Assembly (NCBI GenBank): GCA_035193785.1
Contig: CP136572.1
Location: 3,060,578 to 3,124,577 of the forward strand
DNA: 64,000 nucleotides
DNA from: Planktothrix sp. GU0601_MAG3
Lineage (GTDB): Bacteria > Cyanobacteriota > Cyanobacteriia > Cyanobacteriales > Microcoleaceae
Reading direction: 5' to 3'
Below are positions 11,015 through 23,642 of this stretch, piece after piece. Under the pieces are notes generated by a model. That model saw nothing but the letters and a program-made list of their open reading frames with translations, was not told the DNA's origin and did no database searches. Position 1 is the first letter of the stretch. Every line of letters begins with the position of its first letter. Made by a program: the position numbers and the translations under genes.

Positions 11015-13157
11015 ATGCACCCTGCGATTTTAGTTCTCCTGCAAGTTTTAATCGTGATTGGATTATCCCGATTAATGGGATTATTCTGTCGTCAAATTAA
11101 ACAACCTTTAGTGATTGGAGAAATTATTGCCGGAATTATGTTGGGGCCATCATTATTAGGGTTAATTGCTCCTAATGTGATGACCACTTTATTTCCTGCC
11201 GAAACTCTGCCCTACTTGAATATTTTATCCCAAATCGGACTAATTTTTTTCATGTTCTTAATTGGGTTGGAACTGAACCCAAAATATTTGAGTGGGCAAC
11301 TAGAAAAGGCAGTTTTAATTTCTCACGTTAGTATTGTAGTTCCCTTTGCATTAGGGATTTCGACCGCATTAATTCTGTATCCAATTGTTTCTAATAATGG
11401 TGTTTCCTTCACGGCGTTTGCCTTGTTTTTAGGTTCGGCTTTATCAATTACGGCTTTTCCGGTTTTAGCCCGAATTATTACAGAAAATAATTTACAAGGA
11501 ACTCGTTTAGGAACCCTAGCTTTAACCTGTGCCGCCGTTGATGATGTGACGGCATGGTGTTTATTAGCCTTAGCGATCGCCGTCACCCGAACTAACAGTA
11601 TATCGGGGGCATTTCCGACAATTATTGCCTCAATTTTGTATATTATTTTAATGGCAACCGCCGGGCGGTGGTTATTAAGAAAACTCTCGATCCATTATCA
11701 ACGCACAGGGCGACTCAGCCAATGGGTTTTAGCTTGGATTTATATGGGAGTGGTGGCTTCGGCTTTAATTACTGAATTGATCGGAATTCACTTAATTTTT
11801 GGAGCCTTTTTACTCGGGGCTGTGATGCCCAAAGATCAAGGTTTAGTCCGAGAAATAGCTGAAAAAACAGAGGACTTTGTTCTGATTTTCTTACTCCCAA
11901 TTTTCTTTGCCTATAGTGGATTACGCACGGAAATTGGCTTACTAAATCGTCCTGAATTGTGGTTATTATGTGGGTTAGTTGTGGCGGTGGCAATTATTGG
12001 AAAATATGTCGGAACCTATGTCGCCGCGCGGGTTAGTGGGATTGAAAAAAGAGAAGCCTCCGCGTTAGGTTGGTTAATGAATACCAGGGGATTAACTGAA
12101 CTAATTGTTTTAAATATTGGCTTAAGTCTGGGGGTGATTTCGCCGTTACTTTTTACCCTATTAGTAATTATGGCATTAGTTACAACCTTTATGACTTCGC
12201 CATTATTAGAAATGACCTATCCCAAAGAGTTAATTAAACTCGATATTATTGAACCGGAAATTCCAATAACAATTCCCCAACCTCTTACCCCTGCTTATCG
12301 GATTTTAGTTCCAGTTGCCAATCCCAATACTCAAAGAGGATTAGTACAATTAGCTTTAGCGATCGCCGGAAAACCCCCTGCTGTTGTTCATCCCTTAAGT
12401 TTAATTGAACTAGAGGAAGATTATTTATTTCAAAGTACCCCCGATGAAGCCAACCGCTTAATTGAGAAACAACGGCAACGTTTAGACGAATTAATTCAAA
12501 GTTTAGAAACCTCCTGAACTCAGACAAGGGGTTTATCCCATTATCCGCATTGCCCAGGATGTGGCGAAAAAAACGATAGAAATTGCACAAGTTGATCAAG
12601 CTAATTTAATATTAGTAGGTTGGCATCGTCCCGCCTTCAGTGACAATCGTTTAGGTGGGAGAGTTGGCAAAATTTTGAATAATTCTCCCACCGATGTCGC
12701 CGTATTTGTTAATAAAGAACAGCAACAAATTCAGTCTTTATTAGTGGCTTATGCTTCTAATATTCACGATGATTTAGGGTTAACTTTAGCATTAAGAATG
12801 ATGTTCAATGACCCCAATCGTCAGTTAAAAATTCTGGTGACATCCAACGAACCGGAGGAGGAATTAAGCTATGAATTACGGAACATGATTGATATATTAC
12901 CCACCCGCATTCAATCCCGTTTAGAAATGATTCGACTGCCAGAAACCGATCCCATTCAAGCGGTGATTGAAGCTTCAAAAACCGTAGATTTAACCATTGC
13001 TGGTACCAGTCGCACCTGGGGAATTGAAAGGCAAACTTTAGGAAGGTACACCGATCAACTAGCTCAAGATTGTCATTCATCTTTACTAATTACTCGGAGT
13101 TATTCTCAAGTTACCTCCCACCTGGAATCATTATTACAACAACCAATTAGTAGCTAA
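11015..13157 (+). CDS. CPA2 cation/H+ antiporter with C-terminal USP-like domains
   Basis: QPLVIGEIIAGIMLGPS, SITAFPVLARI, AAVDD, LMNTRGL; joined across extra base at 12506-12510. Confidence 0.9.
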
Positions 13158-13183
13158 CCTCGTCATCTAATTATCATCAAACT

Positions 13184-13675
13184 ATGCACAACCATTTTAA
13201 TTTAAAATCCTTAGCTTTTTATGGAACCATGATTGGTTCAGTGCTGATCCTTTTTAAAGGAGTCACAGTCTATGGAGAAACCAAATTAAAAGCACCTATC
13301 ACTATTGGGGGTGATTATTCTATAGAGTTTGATACTCCTCCTCAATGTTTAAAAGACAAAGATTTAACCTTAAAAATTGAACAGTCAGGGATTTATATTT
13401 TTGCTAATTTAGTATTAGAAAAATCCCCAGATAATCTGGATAAAATTGCATTAAGTGGCAAGTTCAAGGAGCCAAAAATGACCTTATCAGGAATTTCAAA
13501 TCCGTTATTATTCTGTTCATCAGATCTGTCTCAAAATCCCAATCAATTAACACTCACAGGAGAATTTAAAGACAAACTATTTAAAGGTCAAATCCAGGAT
13601 CAAACTTTATCCAATCCGATCAATTTTACCGCGACATTAAACCCGGTATCCAAATCGGCAAAACCAGATCATTAA
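13184..13675 (+). CDS. hypothetical membrane-anchored protein
   Basis: N-terminal hydrophobic helix; lies between two transporter genes on the same strand. Confidence 0.7.
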   Translation: MHNHFNLKSLAFYGTMIGSVLILFKGVTVYGETKLKAPITIGGDYSIEFDTPPQCLKDKDLTLKIEQSGIYIFANLVLEKSPDNLDKIALSGKFKEPKMTLSGISNPLLFCSSDLSQNPNQLTLTGEFKDKLFKGQIQDQTLSNPINFTATLNPVSKSAKPDH

Positions 13676-13747
13676 ATTACTAAAGTTGAGTTTTGTTTGA
13701 GAAAAGGCTATAAAATTTGTAAAAAAAAGTTAATTACAGCTTAGATT

Positions 13748-15116
13748 ATGTACTTGATTACTCAACCTATATTATCAATAGAAACCATGGATTCTTTCAT
13801 TGCTGGAATTATTTTTGTTGGGGTAATTATTTTAATCATGGGGGAATGGTTACACCTCACCATTGCAGCGTTTTTAGGTGCTCTCCTCCTGGTTTTTTTC
13901 CACGTTATGACTTTAACCGAGGCGGTTAGTTATATCAGCCGAAGTTATGCAACTTTAGCCCTATTTTTTGGGGTAATGGTTTTAGTTCGTGCCTTTGAAC
14001 CGACTAAAATTTTTGATTATTTAGCCGTTAAAATGATTTTGATGGCGAAGGGAGAAGGGAAACGGTTACTGTTAGGAATTGTAGCCTTAACTACCCCCAT
14101 TTGTGCCATGTTACCCAATGCCACAACGGTAATGTTATTAGCGCCTTTAATTCCCCCTATTGCTCAGGATTTAGGGATTGATTTTGTCCCTTTATTAATT
14201 TTAATGGTCTTCATTGCTAATAGTTTCAGGATTATTAACCTTAGTTGGAGATCCTGCCACATTTATTGTCGGAGATGCTATTAATATTAGCTTTGTTGAT
14301 TACCTACAACGCTTGAGTATTGGGGGAGCATTAGCGGTGGTGAGTGTAGTGATTTTATTACCAATTTTATTCCGTAAAACCTGGAATACAAAATTTGAAC
14401 ATTTAGAAGATTTACCCCATCCTAAAATTAATCATCCCCGCACTTTAGCAATGGGGGGTTTAATTATGGTCTTTGTTTTAACCTTTTTTGTAATTGGAGA
14501 AACCTTACCCGTTCCCATTTCTCCGGCGGCGGTGGCCTTATTAGGGGCGGCTTTAGCTTTGATGTTAGCCCATCATAGTAAAATTGATACCGTTAATAAT
14601 ATTTTACGAGATTTAGACTGGAGTACCTTAATTTTCTTTATGTCAATTTTTGTTTTAATTGGAGGATTAGAAAAAACTGGAGTGATTAGTAATTTATCGG
14701 GACTCCTGGCTATTATTTTAGGAAAAAATATCGCTCTTGGTTCAATTTTACTGTTAGTAACAGTAGGACTTATTTCTAGTGTTGTGCCTAATATTCCCTT
14801 AGTGGTGGCGATGGTTCCCCTATTAAAACAATATTTAGTTAATGTAGGATTTGTCGGTGCAGAAGTGCTTGATCCGGCTTTTAACGGACAGTTTCCCCCG
14901 GAAGTATTACCGCTATTTTATGCGATGATGTTTGGGGCAACCTTGGGTGGAAATGGCACATTAGTGGGGGCTTCTTCTAATATTGTCGCCGCCGGAATTT
15001 CTGAACTACATGGGCGAACAATTTCCTTTAAAACCTTTCTTCATTATGGGATTCCAGTCATGGCTGTGCAAATATTTGTGGCGATGTTGTATGTCACCTT
15101 TGCCTTCCTAATTTAA
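13748..15116 (+). CDS. ArsB/NhaD (IT superfamily) ion transporter
   Basis: Many TM helices; ANSSGLLTLVGDP restored at 14223-14227; GATLGGNGTLVGASSN. Confidence 0.85.
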
Positions 15117-17159
15117 ACCGGGGTCACAACCAGAATTTCTTCCTTTTTCCAATCTAAAACTGCATAAACTTCCACGGACTTTTGGCGACCTTTAACTTTA
15201 ATTTCACCTAAACTTTTGAGAACAATACCATGATGTTCGGCAATGGCGGCGGCCGTTGATTCATTAATTAAAATCGTGTATTCAGGATATTCTTTAGTTA
15301 GGGTTTCCAAACGCGCCGCCACATTTACTGCATCCCCAATCACCGTATATAATAACCGTTCTAAGGAACCAATTTGTCCAGCAACAACTTCTCCACTACT
15401 AATACCAATTCCCGTTTGAATGGGAACTTCACCCCGTTGAATTCGCCGTTGATTTAGTTCTTCTAAACGTTCACGCATGGTTAATGCCGCCGCCACGGAA
15501 ACGCCATTCTGTTTCTGCTGGGGATAAAGGCGCTCCGAAAATCACCACAATTGCATCCCCAATAAAATTATTTACATATCCACCCCAAGGACGAATTGCA
15601 TCGGTCATTTCGGTTAGATATTCATTTAAAAATGCCACCACTTCTTGGGGTTGCATCTGTTCCGATAGGGTAGAAAAATTGCGAATATCGGTAAATAAAA
15701 CCGATACCCAACAGAGTTCTCCTCCTAATTTTAATTGACCTTGTAATAATTTTTCTCGCACTTCCGGGGAAACCACACGGCCAAAAATATCCCGTTCTCG
15801 CTCTCTTTCTCGGAGTCCCAAAATCATATTATTAATCGCATGGGTCAAAATTTCTAACTCTTGACAGGTTTCAATCTTCAGTTTTTCAACTTCTAAATCT
15901 CCATTTTCAACGCGATGAGTCACTTCTTTAATCTGATTAATCGGTTTGACCAATAATCGATCACTAATGGTGATCACTAAACCCGTGGTTCCTAAAATCA
16001 ATATTGTCACAAACCCGAATAAAATTTTATTGTTTCTTTTTATTTTTCCCATGTATTGATCCTCTGGAATTACTGTTCCGATGAACCAATCTAATTTATT
16101 CATTGGAGTTACAGCAGGAGTGAGAGAGACATAATAATATTTGCCATTCTGGGGATTTTTAGATATCCACTGTTGGGGACTACTAAGCAGTTTTAGATCT
16201 ATTGCTTGTTCTTCTAGTGTTTTTACAGCTAACTGAAAATAGGGATTTTTAGAATATTTTAAGAGTTGCAGTTGGGGTTGATCTTGGCCTTTAATTTGAA
16301 TTGGCAAATGCTCATTGGCATCGGTGGAAGCAATCATTTCTCCTTTGGAATTAATCACAAAAACCTCAATATTTGATCGCCCTTTTTGTTGTTGTTGTAA
16401 ACGCTGAGAAATCTGTTTTAATTCAAACCCTACACCAATCACCCCTAAGAGTGCCGGTGGGTTTTCAACCCGCCAGTAGATGTTATTTGTTTGTTCTTCA
16501 TAAAGTGCGATATTAGAGTCAATTCCAGGGGTATTAGTAGAGCGATAAACATAGACTGTCCAAGCCGCCTGACCTGGGGTTTTCAGTGCGTCTCGATACC
16601 AAGGACGACCCGGGGTATACCAATTCGGTTCTTCGATTTTGGTGGTTTTAATTAATTGCAGTTTTTGGCTTGCTAATTCATAATTATCTGTTGTTTTAAT
16701 CGCTAATTTTCTTTCTTCATCCCATTCACGAAAATGCAGTTTAAACGTATTTTGCTTTTCAAAAGCTGTTGTTACCCTTTGAGCACCGACATAATCCCCA
16801 TTCGGATAGGCAAATTGTACAAAAGAAAAGTTGGGATTAGATTGCAGAATACTTAAAAAAAAGCGATCGCGTTCTTCAGGATTATTAATATCTACTATAT
16901 TACGATTAATGGCACTGCTAATAAAATCCTGGGTATAGTAAACATTTTGGAATAAATCGGTAAATTCTTTTGAAGTTGATAGGGCAATTTCTTCGTTGAT
17001 TTGAGTAACAATTTTATCAATATTTTTTTTAGAGGTAAAAAACCAAGGCAAATAAACAATTGCCGTTGTAAAGCTGATGGTTAAAACAATAAAACCAGTC
17101 AACATTGTTTTTAAACTTATGCTGGTTTTTGTTTTCTGTTGTTTTGTGATTTTTTTCAT
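15113..17159 (-). CDS. class III adenylate cyclase with periplasmic Cache-like sensor and HAMP domain
   Basis: Two TM helices; WYxPGRPWY; VLFTDIRNFS, FIGDAI, YTVIGDAVNVAARLE; extra base at 15498-15502. Confidence 0.9.
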
Positions 17160-17572
17160 CGTTATCTGGTGATAAAATTTAGTAAGTTAAATAAATTTTT
17201 TCCGTTTCCATGACCAGAATACAGCCATTTATAAAGCCGAAGTCTTCCGGTGGGAAAGTTTAAAAGTAGATGCTTTAGTCGATAGGACTCTATAAAATAG
17301 AGTGGATAATTTATTAATCTATTACCCGTAAATAATTTTAACCGATTGATACTGGATTAGATCAAGTTAACTTCCTAATCCTATTTGAGCAAAATCCACT
17401 GACATTCATCATATCTAACTTTTTTGATAACAATCCGCCAAGAGCTAAAATTTATGCCCAATTCCAACATAGGGATGTGGAATTTTCCTGATTAAGTTTC
17501 CTGATTAAGTTATGAATTTTTAGAAGAATAGTACAACTAGAGTATAATAGGATTCAGAATTTGGACAATAAT

Positions 17573-18797
17573 ATGTCAATTTCCCCCCGTAGGAAGCAGG
17601 CATTCTTGAAATTGATCGGGATTATTTTTTGTATAGTAACCATTGTAGCCATCCTGGTGACAACGGGAGATTTTGCCATTTCAAGCAACAATATTTTATC
17701 GAAGGAAACAACAGGAAAAACTGCTGAAACCCAGACAATACCTGTTACTTTTCAACCTAATTCAGAGCAACTATCACTCACTCTTAATAGTCAGGGAAAG
17801 GAAGTTATCGACTTACAAACTGAAACTGAAAAAACGAGGATATTACCCGGGCGCACTGGATGGAGTCTATGGAGAAGGGACACAAGAGGCTGTTTATAAT
17901 TTGCAAGTTAGCATGGGCTTGGAGGCAACGGGAATAGTTGATCCTCAAACTTGGCAATACCTCCAACCCGATGATAGCACAAGGGCTGAGGTAGCCTCCA
18001 CCATCGGTTTAACCACTGCCTCTGCCAGTTTTTCCCCCGACTTGCAAACTATTGTAGATCGAAATCAGCTAATTGTTGCCATTATAGGAGTTGATATTCC
18101 TCCATTTTTTGTCGAAAATCAACAGGGTAATTTAACTGGGTCAGATATTAAAATAGCCCAAGATTTAGCTACGGCTTTAGGTGTTTCTCTCAAAATTGAT
18201 CGCACGGCTAAAACCTTTAATGATGTCGTAGATATCATTAATTCTCGAAAAGCTGATTTAGGGGTTTCTAAACTAAGTCAGACCTTAACCAGAGCTAAAA
18301 TGGTTTCTTTTTCCCGTCCCTATTTAACCTTAAGGCATGGTCTATTAATCAATCGTTTACAATTAGCAAAAGCCTCAAAAGGGAAAGATACGGTTGATTT
18401 TTTAAAGAATTTTGAAGGAAAAATTGGGGTGATTAAAGGATCATCCTATGTGGGATTTACCAAAGATAAATTTCCCCAAGCTAAAATTGTTGAATTTACG
18501 ACTTGGGAGGATGTAATTAAAGCCGCAATCAACGGTGATGTTTTAGCCGCCTATCGGGATGAGTTAGAAGTAAAAAAAATTCTTTTGAATCAACCTAATA
18601 TAGCATTAAATTTTAAAACAGTTGCCCTCTCAGATAGTTACGATCCGATTGCAATTGCCCTTCCTTGGTCAAGTGGGCATCTTTTACAATTTGTTAATCT
18701 CTACCTAGACTTGAACAAAATCAACTATACCGTTGATAGTCTGATTGAAGAATATTCTGATATCTTTGGAAAACCTGGACAACCCAAAAAACAATAA
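17573..18797 (+). CDS. peptidoglycan-binding domain + family 3 amino-acid substrate-binding protein
   Basis: N-terminal TM; LNSQGKEVIDLQTELKKRGYYPGALDGVYG...TGIVDPQTW restored at 17822-17826; PPFF...GSDIKIA...FSRPY SBP motifs. Confidence 0.8.
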
Positions 18798-18811
18798 ATA
18801 TTATCCTGAAA

Positions 18812-20131
18812 ATGCTGAAAAAATATTTTAATTCTGCTCAATTATTCACAATCTTGCGCCATCCATTGGCGATTGTTCCAGGAATTATCTTAGGGCTATA
18901 TTTTGGCATATTCCAAAAGGAAATATCGGCTTTTTTAACGCCCTTTGGTAACTTGTATTTAGCCCTATTAAAAATGTGTGTTTTGCCGATATTATTCTCG
19001 GCAACAACCGTGAGTGTTGGCCGATTAATTAATAGTGAAAATACTCAGAAATATATTAAACGCATTCTGTTAGTTTTTTCCGTTGGACTATTGGCCTGTA
19101 GCGTCATCGGTATGACCCTAGCTGTCGTGACTAATCCAGGGGGAAATTTAGATGAATCAACTTTAACAGCTTTAGGGGTAATTGTTAATTCATCGGAACT
19201 AGATTTAGAAGTATCTTTGAGTAGTGATACCCCGAAACCAGAAGAAAATTCTATGTTAATATCTTTTTTATTCAACTTAATTCCTGACAATATTTTTTCG
19301 GCTTTGAGCGAGGGCAATACTCTCAAAATTTTGTTTTTTTCAATTATTTTCGGCATCGCTTTGGGGTCGGTAAAAGAATCATCATCTTCCAGCTTGTTTC
19401 TGCTGCTTGATACTATTTATAAGAGTTCAAAACAATTAATTGATTGGCTGATTCTGCTCTTACCTTTTGGCTTATTTTGTCTACTGGCCAGCCAAATTGC
19501 TAAAACGGGGTTTGGAATTGTTCTGGCTATGGGTGATTTTGTCGGAGTGGTGATTTTCACCTATGCTTTAATCTATTTTCTCAGTACCTTAGTGGTTTCT
19601 AAAAAAGCTAAGACTTCCCTCAAGAATGTTTGTATAGCTTTAAAAGAACCCACCATATTAGCCCTAGCAACCCGAAGCAGTTTTTCCTGTTTACCCTCCT
19701 CTATTTCCTCCTTAACTGAAATCTTAAAATTTGATTTGCAAACGGTTGATTTAGTCACTCCCTTAGCGATTACAATTTGTCGATTTGGTTCCGTTGCCTA
19801 TTTTGCGATATCTTCGGTTTTTATTGCCCAATTGTATAATACATCCTTGAATTTATCGAGTTTTTTAATTATTATTATTGCCTCGATTTTTGCGGGCATG
19901 GCAACATCAGGAACAACGGGAGTTTTAACCCTAACTCTATTAGATTTAGTCCTAAGACCCCTGGGATTGCCCTTAGAAGCGGTGTTAGTCCTGTTAATTG
20001 CCATTGACCCGATTATTGACCCTTTCCGAACTTTGTGTATTGTTCATACGGCGATCGCTGCAACTTCAGTTGTTGCTGATACTAGAATTATGGTTGAATA
20101 TCCAGTAATAGACCAAATAGAAATGATCTAA
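18812..20131 (+). CDS. dicarboxylate/amino acid:cation (DAACS) symporter
   Basis: LLKMCVLP, NLIPDNIF, ATRSSFSCLP, LPLEAV...IDPIIDPFRT. Confidence 0.9.
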   Translation: MLKKYFNSAQLFTILRHPLAIVPGIILGLYFGIFQKEISAFLTPFGNLYLALLKMCVLPILFSATTVSVGRLINSENTQKYIKRILLVFSVGLLACSVIGMTLAVVTNPGGNLDESTLTALGVIVNSSELDLEVSLSSDTPKPEENSMLISFLFNLIPDNIFSALSEGNTLKILFFSIIFGIALGSVKESSSSSLFLLLDTIYKSSKQLIDWLILLLPFGLFCLLASQIAKTGFGIVLAMGDFVGVVIFTYALIYFLSTLVVSKKAKTSLKNVCIALKEPTILALATRSSFSCLPSSISSLTEILKFDLQTVDLVTPLAITICRFGSVAYFAISSVFIAQLYNTSLNLSSFLIIIIASIFAGMATSGTTGVLTLTLLDLVLRPLGLPLEAVLVLLIAIDPIIDPFRTLCIVHTAIAATSVVADTRIMVEYPVIDQIEMI

Positions 20132-20887
20132 ATTGCAGAATATCCCCAAGCTAAATCCAAGGTAATTTCAGCAATAATTTTCATCGGATCAACCCAAATT
20201 AAAGGCAAATCTGTTAAGTAATTAAAACCCACAGAAAGTTCCGTACATCCAGCAATCACTAATTCTGCACCCTGATCTGCTAACCAATGAGTCGCATTAA
20301 CTAAGATGTCTAAAGCCGGGGCAGAAACTTGAATTCCTGTGGCTTTAATTCCCCAAATCGGATGATAAATGGCATTCATAATCTGGTTTTGGACTTCAGA
20401 ATGTAAGGAAGGTTGAATCGAGTTCAGTCCCAATGCGGTTAAACTATGGTGATAAAGTTGGGTTTTGAGGGTTTCCGGTGGTTGCTAAAACCCCAATATT
20501 TTGATATTGCGGATAATGGGTTTGAATGAATAGACTTGTAGAATTCATCCAATGAATCCAAGGAATATTTAATTGAGGTTGAACTTGATCATAAAACGCA
20601 TGGGAAGTATTACAAGGAATCACTAAAAAATTAGCCCCGGCGGTTTGTAAAATTTTGCCATATTTAACTAACCAGGGGGTGCAATTTTCCGCCTCTCCAA
20701 TAATACTTTGAGTGCGGTTTGGAATATCCGTAGCATTAATTAACAACCAAACAGGATGCTCTTGATCACAACAGGCTCCTCGCGCTTGATTTAAAGCAAC
20801 TAAGTGCCGCTCTAATTCAATATGAGCCAAAGGCCCCAACCCCCCAATAATTCCCGGAATTGCTTGTTGTTTGATTAGCTGGTTCAT
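20128..20887 (-). CDS. aspartate/glutamate racemase family protein
   Basis: GIIGGLGP, PCNTSH, LATTGT (restored at 20471-20475), AGCTELS; both catalytic Cys present. Confidence 0.9.
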
Positions 20888-21171
20888 AGATGAAATACCC
20901 ACATTTGATGTTTAAATCGAACCTGATTAGGATGAAACCGGAAAAATACAATATTTGTAATATTAAATCATTAAATTAGTGCTACAGATGGTAAAGCAAC
21001 AGGGATAAAAAGAGGGAATAGGGGATAGAAAAAAGTGATTAGCCATCCGATCAAGTATTTGTAGCAAACATTAAAGGATGGAATATAACTTCTGAAAAAC
21101 CTAAAAACCCTCTGCTCCAACAGCAAAGGGATGAATAGAATTGATGGCTAAAGCCCCGACTACGGGTTAAC

Positions 21172-22901
21172 TTAATTAATATGGGGTTGGGCTTCCAAAA
21201 CACTTTCAGGAACTCCCTCAAATTTATTAAAATTTTCCACAAATAACTGGGCTAATTGTTTAGCCTGTTTTTCGTAGGCTTGGGGATCTTTCCAAGTTTT
21301 CACCGGATCTAAAATTTCATCGGGAAACCCCGGGAATAGTTGCGGGTATTAAGACTTTAAAAACCGGATGGGGATTAAATTTTACCTGATCCAAATCTCC
21401 ACTCACCGCCGCCGATACCATGGCGCGAGTATGGGCAATAGCAACTCGTTCACCCACGCCATAGGGGCCCCCAGACCAGCCGGTATTGACTAAATAGACC
21501 TTAGTTTCTGGATGTTCTGCCAAACGTTTCCCCAATAATTTCCCATACACCGACGCAGCCAGGGGGAGGAAACATTTACCAAACCCGGCGGAAAAGGTAG
21601 CTTCTGGGTGTTTAATCCCCCGTTCGGTTCCGGCGACCTTACTGGTATAACCGGACATAAAATGATACATCGCCTGTAATGGGGTCAGTTTGGCGATCGG
21701 AGGTAACACACCAAAGGCATCTGCGGTCAGGAAAATAATGGTTTTGGGATGGCGACCAATGCCCGGAATCACGGCATTTGGGATATATTCGATGGGATAG
21801 GCAACCCGGGTATTTTCCGTTAAGCTACTATCGTCATAATCAGGAATACGGGTGTCATGGTCTAACACCACATTTTCCATCAACGCCCCAAACCGAATCG
21901 CATCCCAGATTTGGGGCTCCTGTTTCCCGGCGGAGTTTAATGGTTTTGGCATAACATCCCCCCTCAAAGTTGAACACCCCATGATCTGACCAGCCATGTT
22001 CATCATCCCCAATTAAACGGCGTTGGGGGTCAGCCGAGAGGGTAGTTTTTCCGGTTCCCGATAGACCAAAAAAGAGGGCGGTGTTTCCGTCTGTATCCAT
22101 ATTGGCGGCACAGTGCATGGGTAGCACATCAGCTTTGGTCATAAAGTAATTCATCAGGGAAAATACGGATTTTTTGATTTCTCCGGCGTATTTAGACCCC
22201 CCAATAATCACCATTTTTTTTGATAAGTTCAGAACAATAAAAGCCTCACTATTAATTCCGTCATCTTCGGGGTCGGCGTGTAACCCAGGAACCGCAATTA
22301 CGGTAAAATCGGCGTGGTGGGTTTTCAGTTGTTCCGGGGTGGGGCGAATAAACAGTTGTTGAGCAAATAAACTTTGGGAGGCTCTTTCGGTAATCACTCG
22401 CACTCCATATTGGTATTTAGAATCAGCCCCAACATAACCATCAAAAATATATAAATCCCGTCCTTGAACATAAGACCGCACTCGACGACACAGCCGATCA
22501 AAATTAAATTCTGGGATCGGAACATTGGTTTTGCTCCAGTGAATTTCATCCCGATTTTCGGCTTCATCTACCATATATTTATCATGGGGTGAACGTCCGG
22601 TATATTTTCCGGTTTTCACACACAGCGCCCCGTTAGCACTCAAAATCCCTTCGGTGCGAGCAATCGAATGTTCTACTAAAATGGGAATGGATAAATTCCG
22701 ATAAACATGACCTAGATTTCTCAGTCCTAATTCCCCTAAACCATAATCAGATAATTCTAATAAAGCCGGTTGTTCTGTATATTTTATCGGGGTATGATTT
22801 GTGGGAAAATCCCCTTGATGATTGGCTAATCGACTATTAACTAATATGGCGGAAGACACGTCTTGATAAGGGTTTCGATTAATAGATCTAGTGGTTTCCA
22901 T
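21172..22901 (-). CDS. pckA: phosphoenolpyruvate carboxykinase (ATP)
   Basis: TGKYTGRSP, YAGEIKK, FGLSGTGKTTLSAD, IGDDEHGW, NFEGGCYAK; extra bases at 21922-21926 and 21324-21328. Confidence 0.95.
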
Positions 22902-23365
22902 AGTGAGTATCTCCAGTAGATAAATATTAAATATGAAGTTTTTTGCAATTAGGATTAATCAAAAAAGGGTAAAAAATTAATAACCTGTCGAAGTGACAAA
23001 CTCAGTTTGAAGCCAGCCACTTTTCTCCAACTGATTCGTTTGATGTCTGGGTTGAGATTGCCCGTCTAACCCTGGCAACACAGCATTACAGATAACTGGG
23101 ATATAAATATTCAGAAAAGAAACAACGAGTTTGATATTTAATCTCTAGTTTAACCCTTTGTCGGTATCTAATCCAGATTGAGTCGAAAGTTAATCAATTT
23201 CCATTAGCTTTCGCTACTAATCATCATACACAGATTTGAATTTTTGAATATTAACTTTTTTTAAAATATTCTTGTATTTTTCTTTCAATTGTTTAAGAAA
23301 TGATGCTAAGGCGTAGCTTTTGCATCAAAATTTTATCCTCAGCTAAAAATGTCACAATTCCTTGA

Positions 23366-23513
23366 TATAGCAATCCTATTTGAGTTGTGTTCAAAATTCC
23401 TGAGCAAAAGGGAACGGGGAACGGGGAACACCGGATCTGGGGTAATACTTCTGACTGTTTCATATCAGTATTGAAATGTTACAACCTCCGTCTCGAAGGC
23501 GCGGATTGCTATA
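23366..23513. mobile_element. MITE-like element, 148 bp
   Basis: Terminal inverted repeats tatagcaatcc / ggattgctata with internal gggaacg units; non-coding. Confidence 0.65.
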
Positions 23514-23642
23514 TAAACAGTAAAAAAACAGCATACCTGTGGTGATTGTAACAAAAAAACTAAAAATTTTCAGTGAATAATAGGGATCGGTGTAAACAAT
23601 TATGACAAAATAGGGAAAATTTATTTTCCACTTCTTAGGAAT

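Noticed and set aside
20128..20887. Racemase as McyF of a cyanotoxin cluster
   Set aside because: No NRPS/PKS genes in the window; family-level similarity only.
22985..23095. Possible structured RNA in the pckA leader
   Set aside because: Only short stems (ttgcc/ggcaa) and no recognisable family; cannot be supported without covariance analysis.
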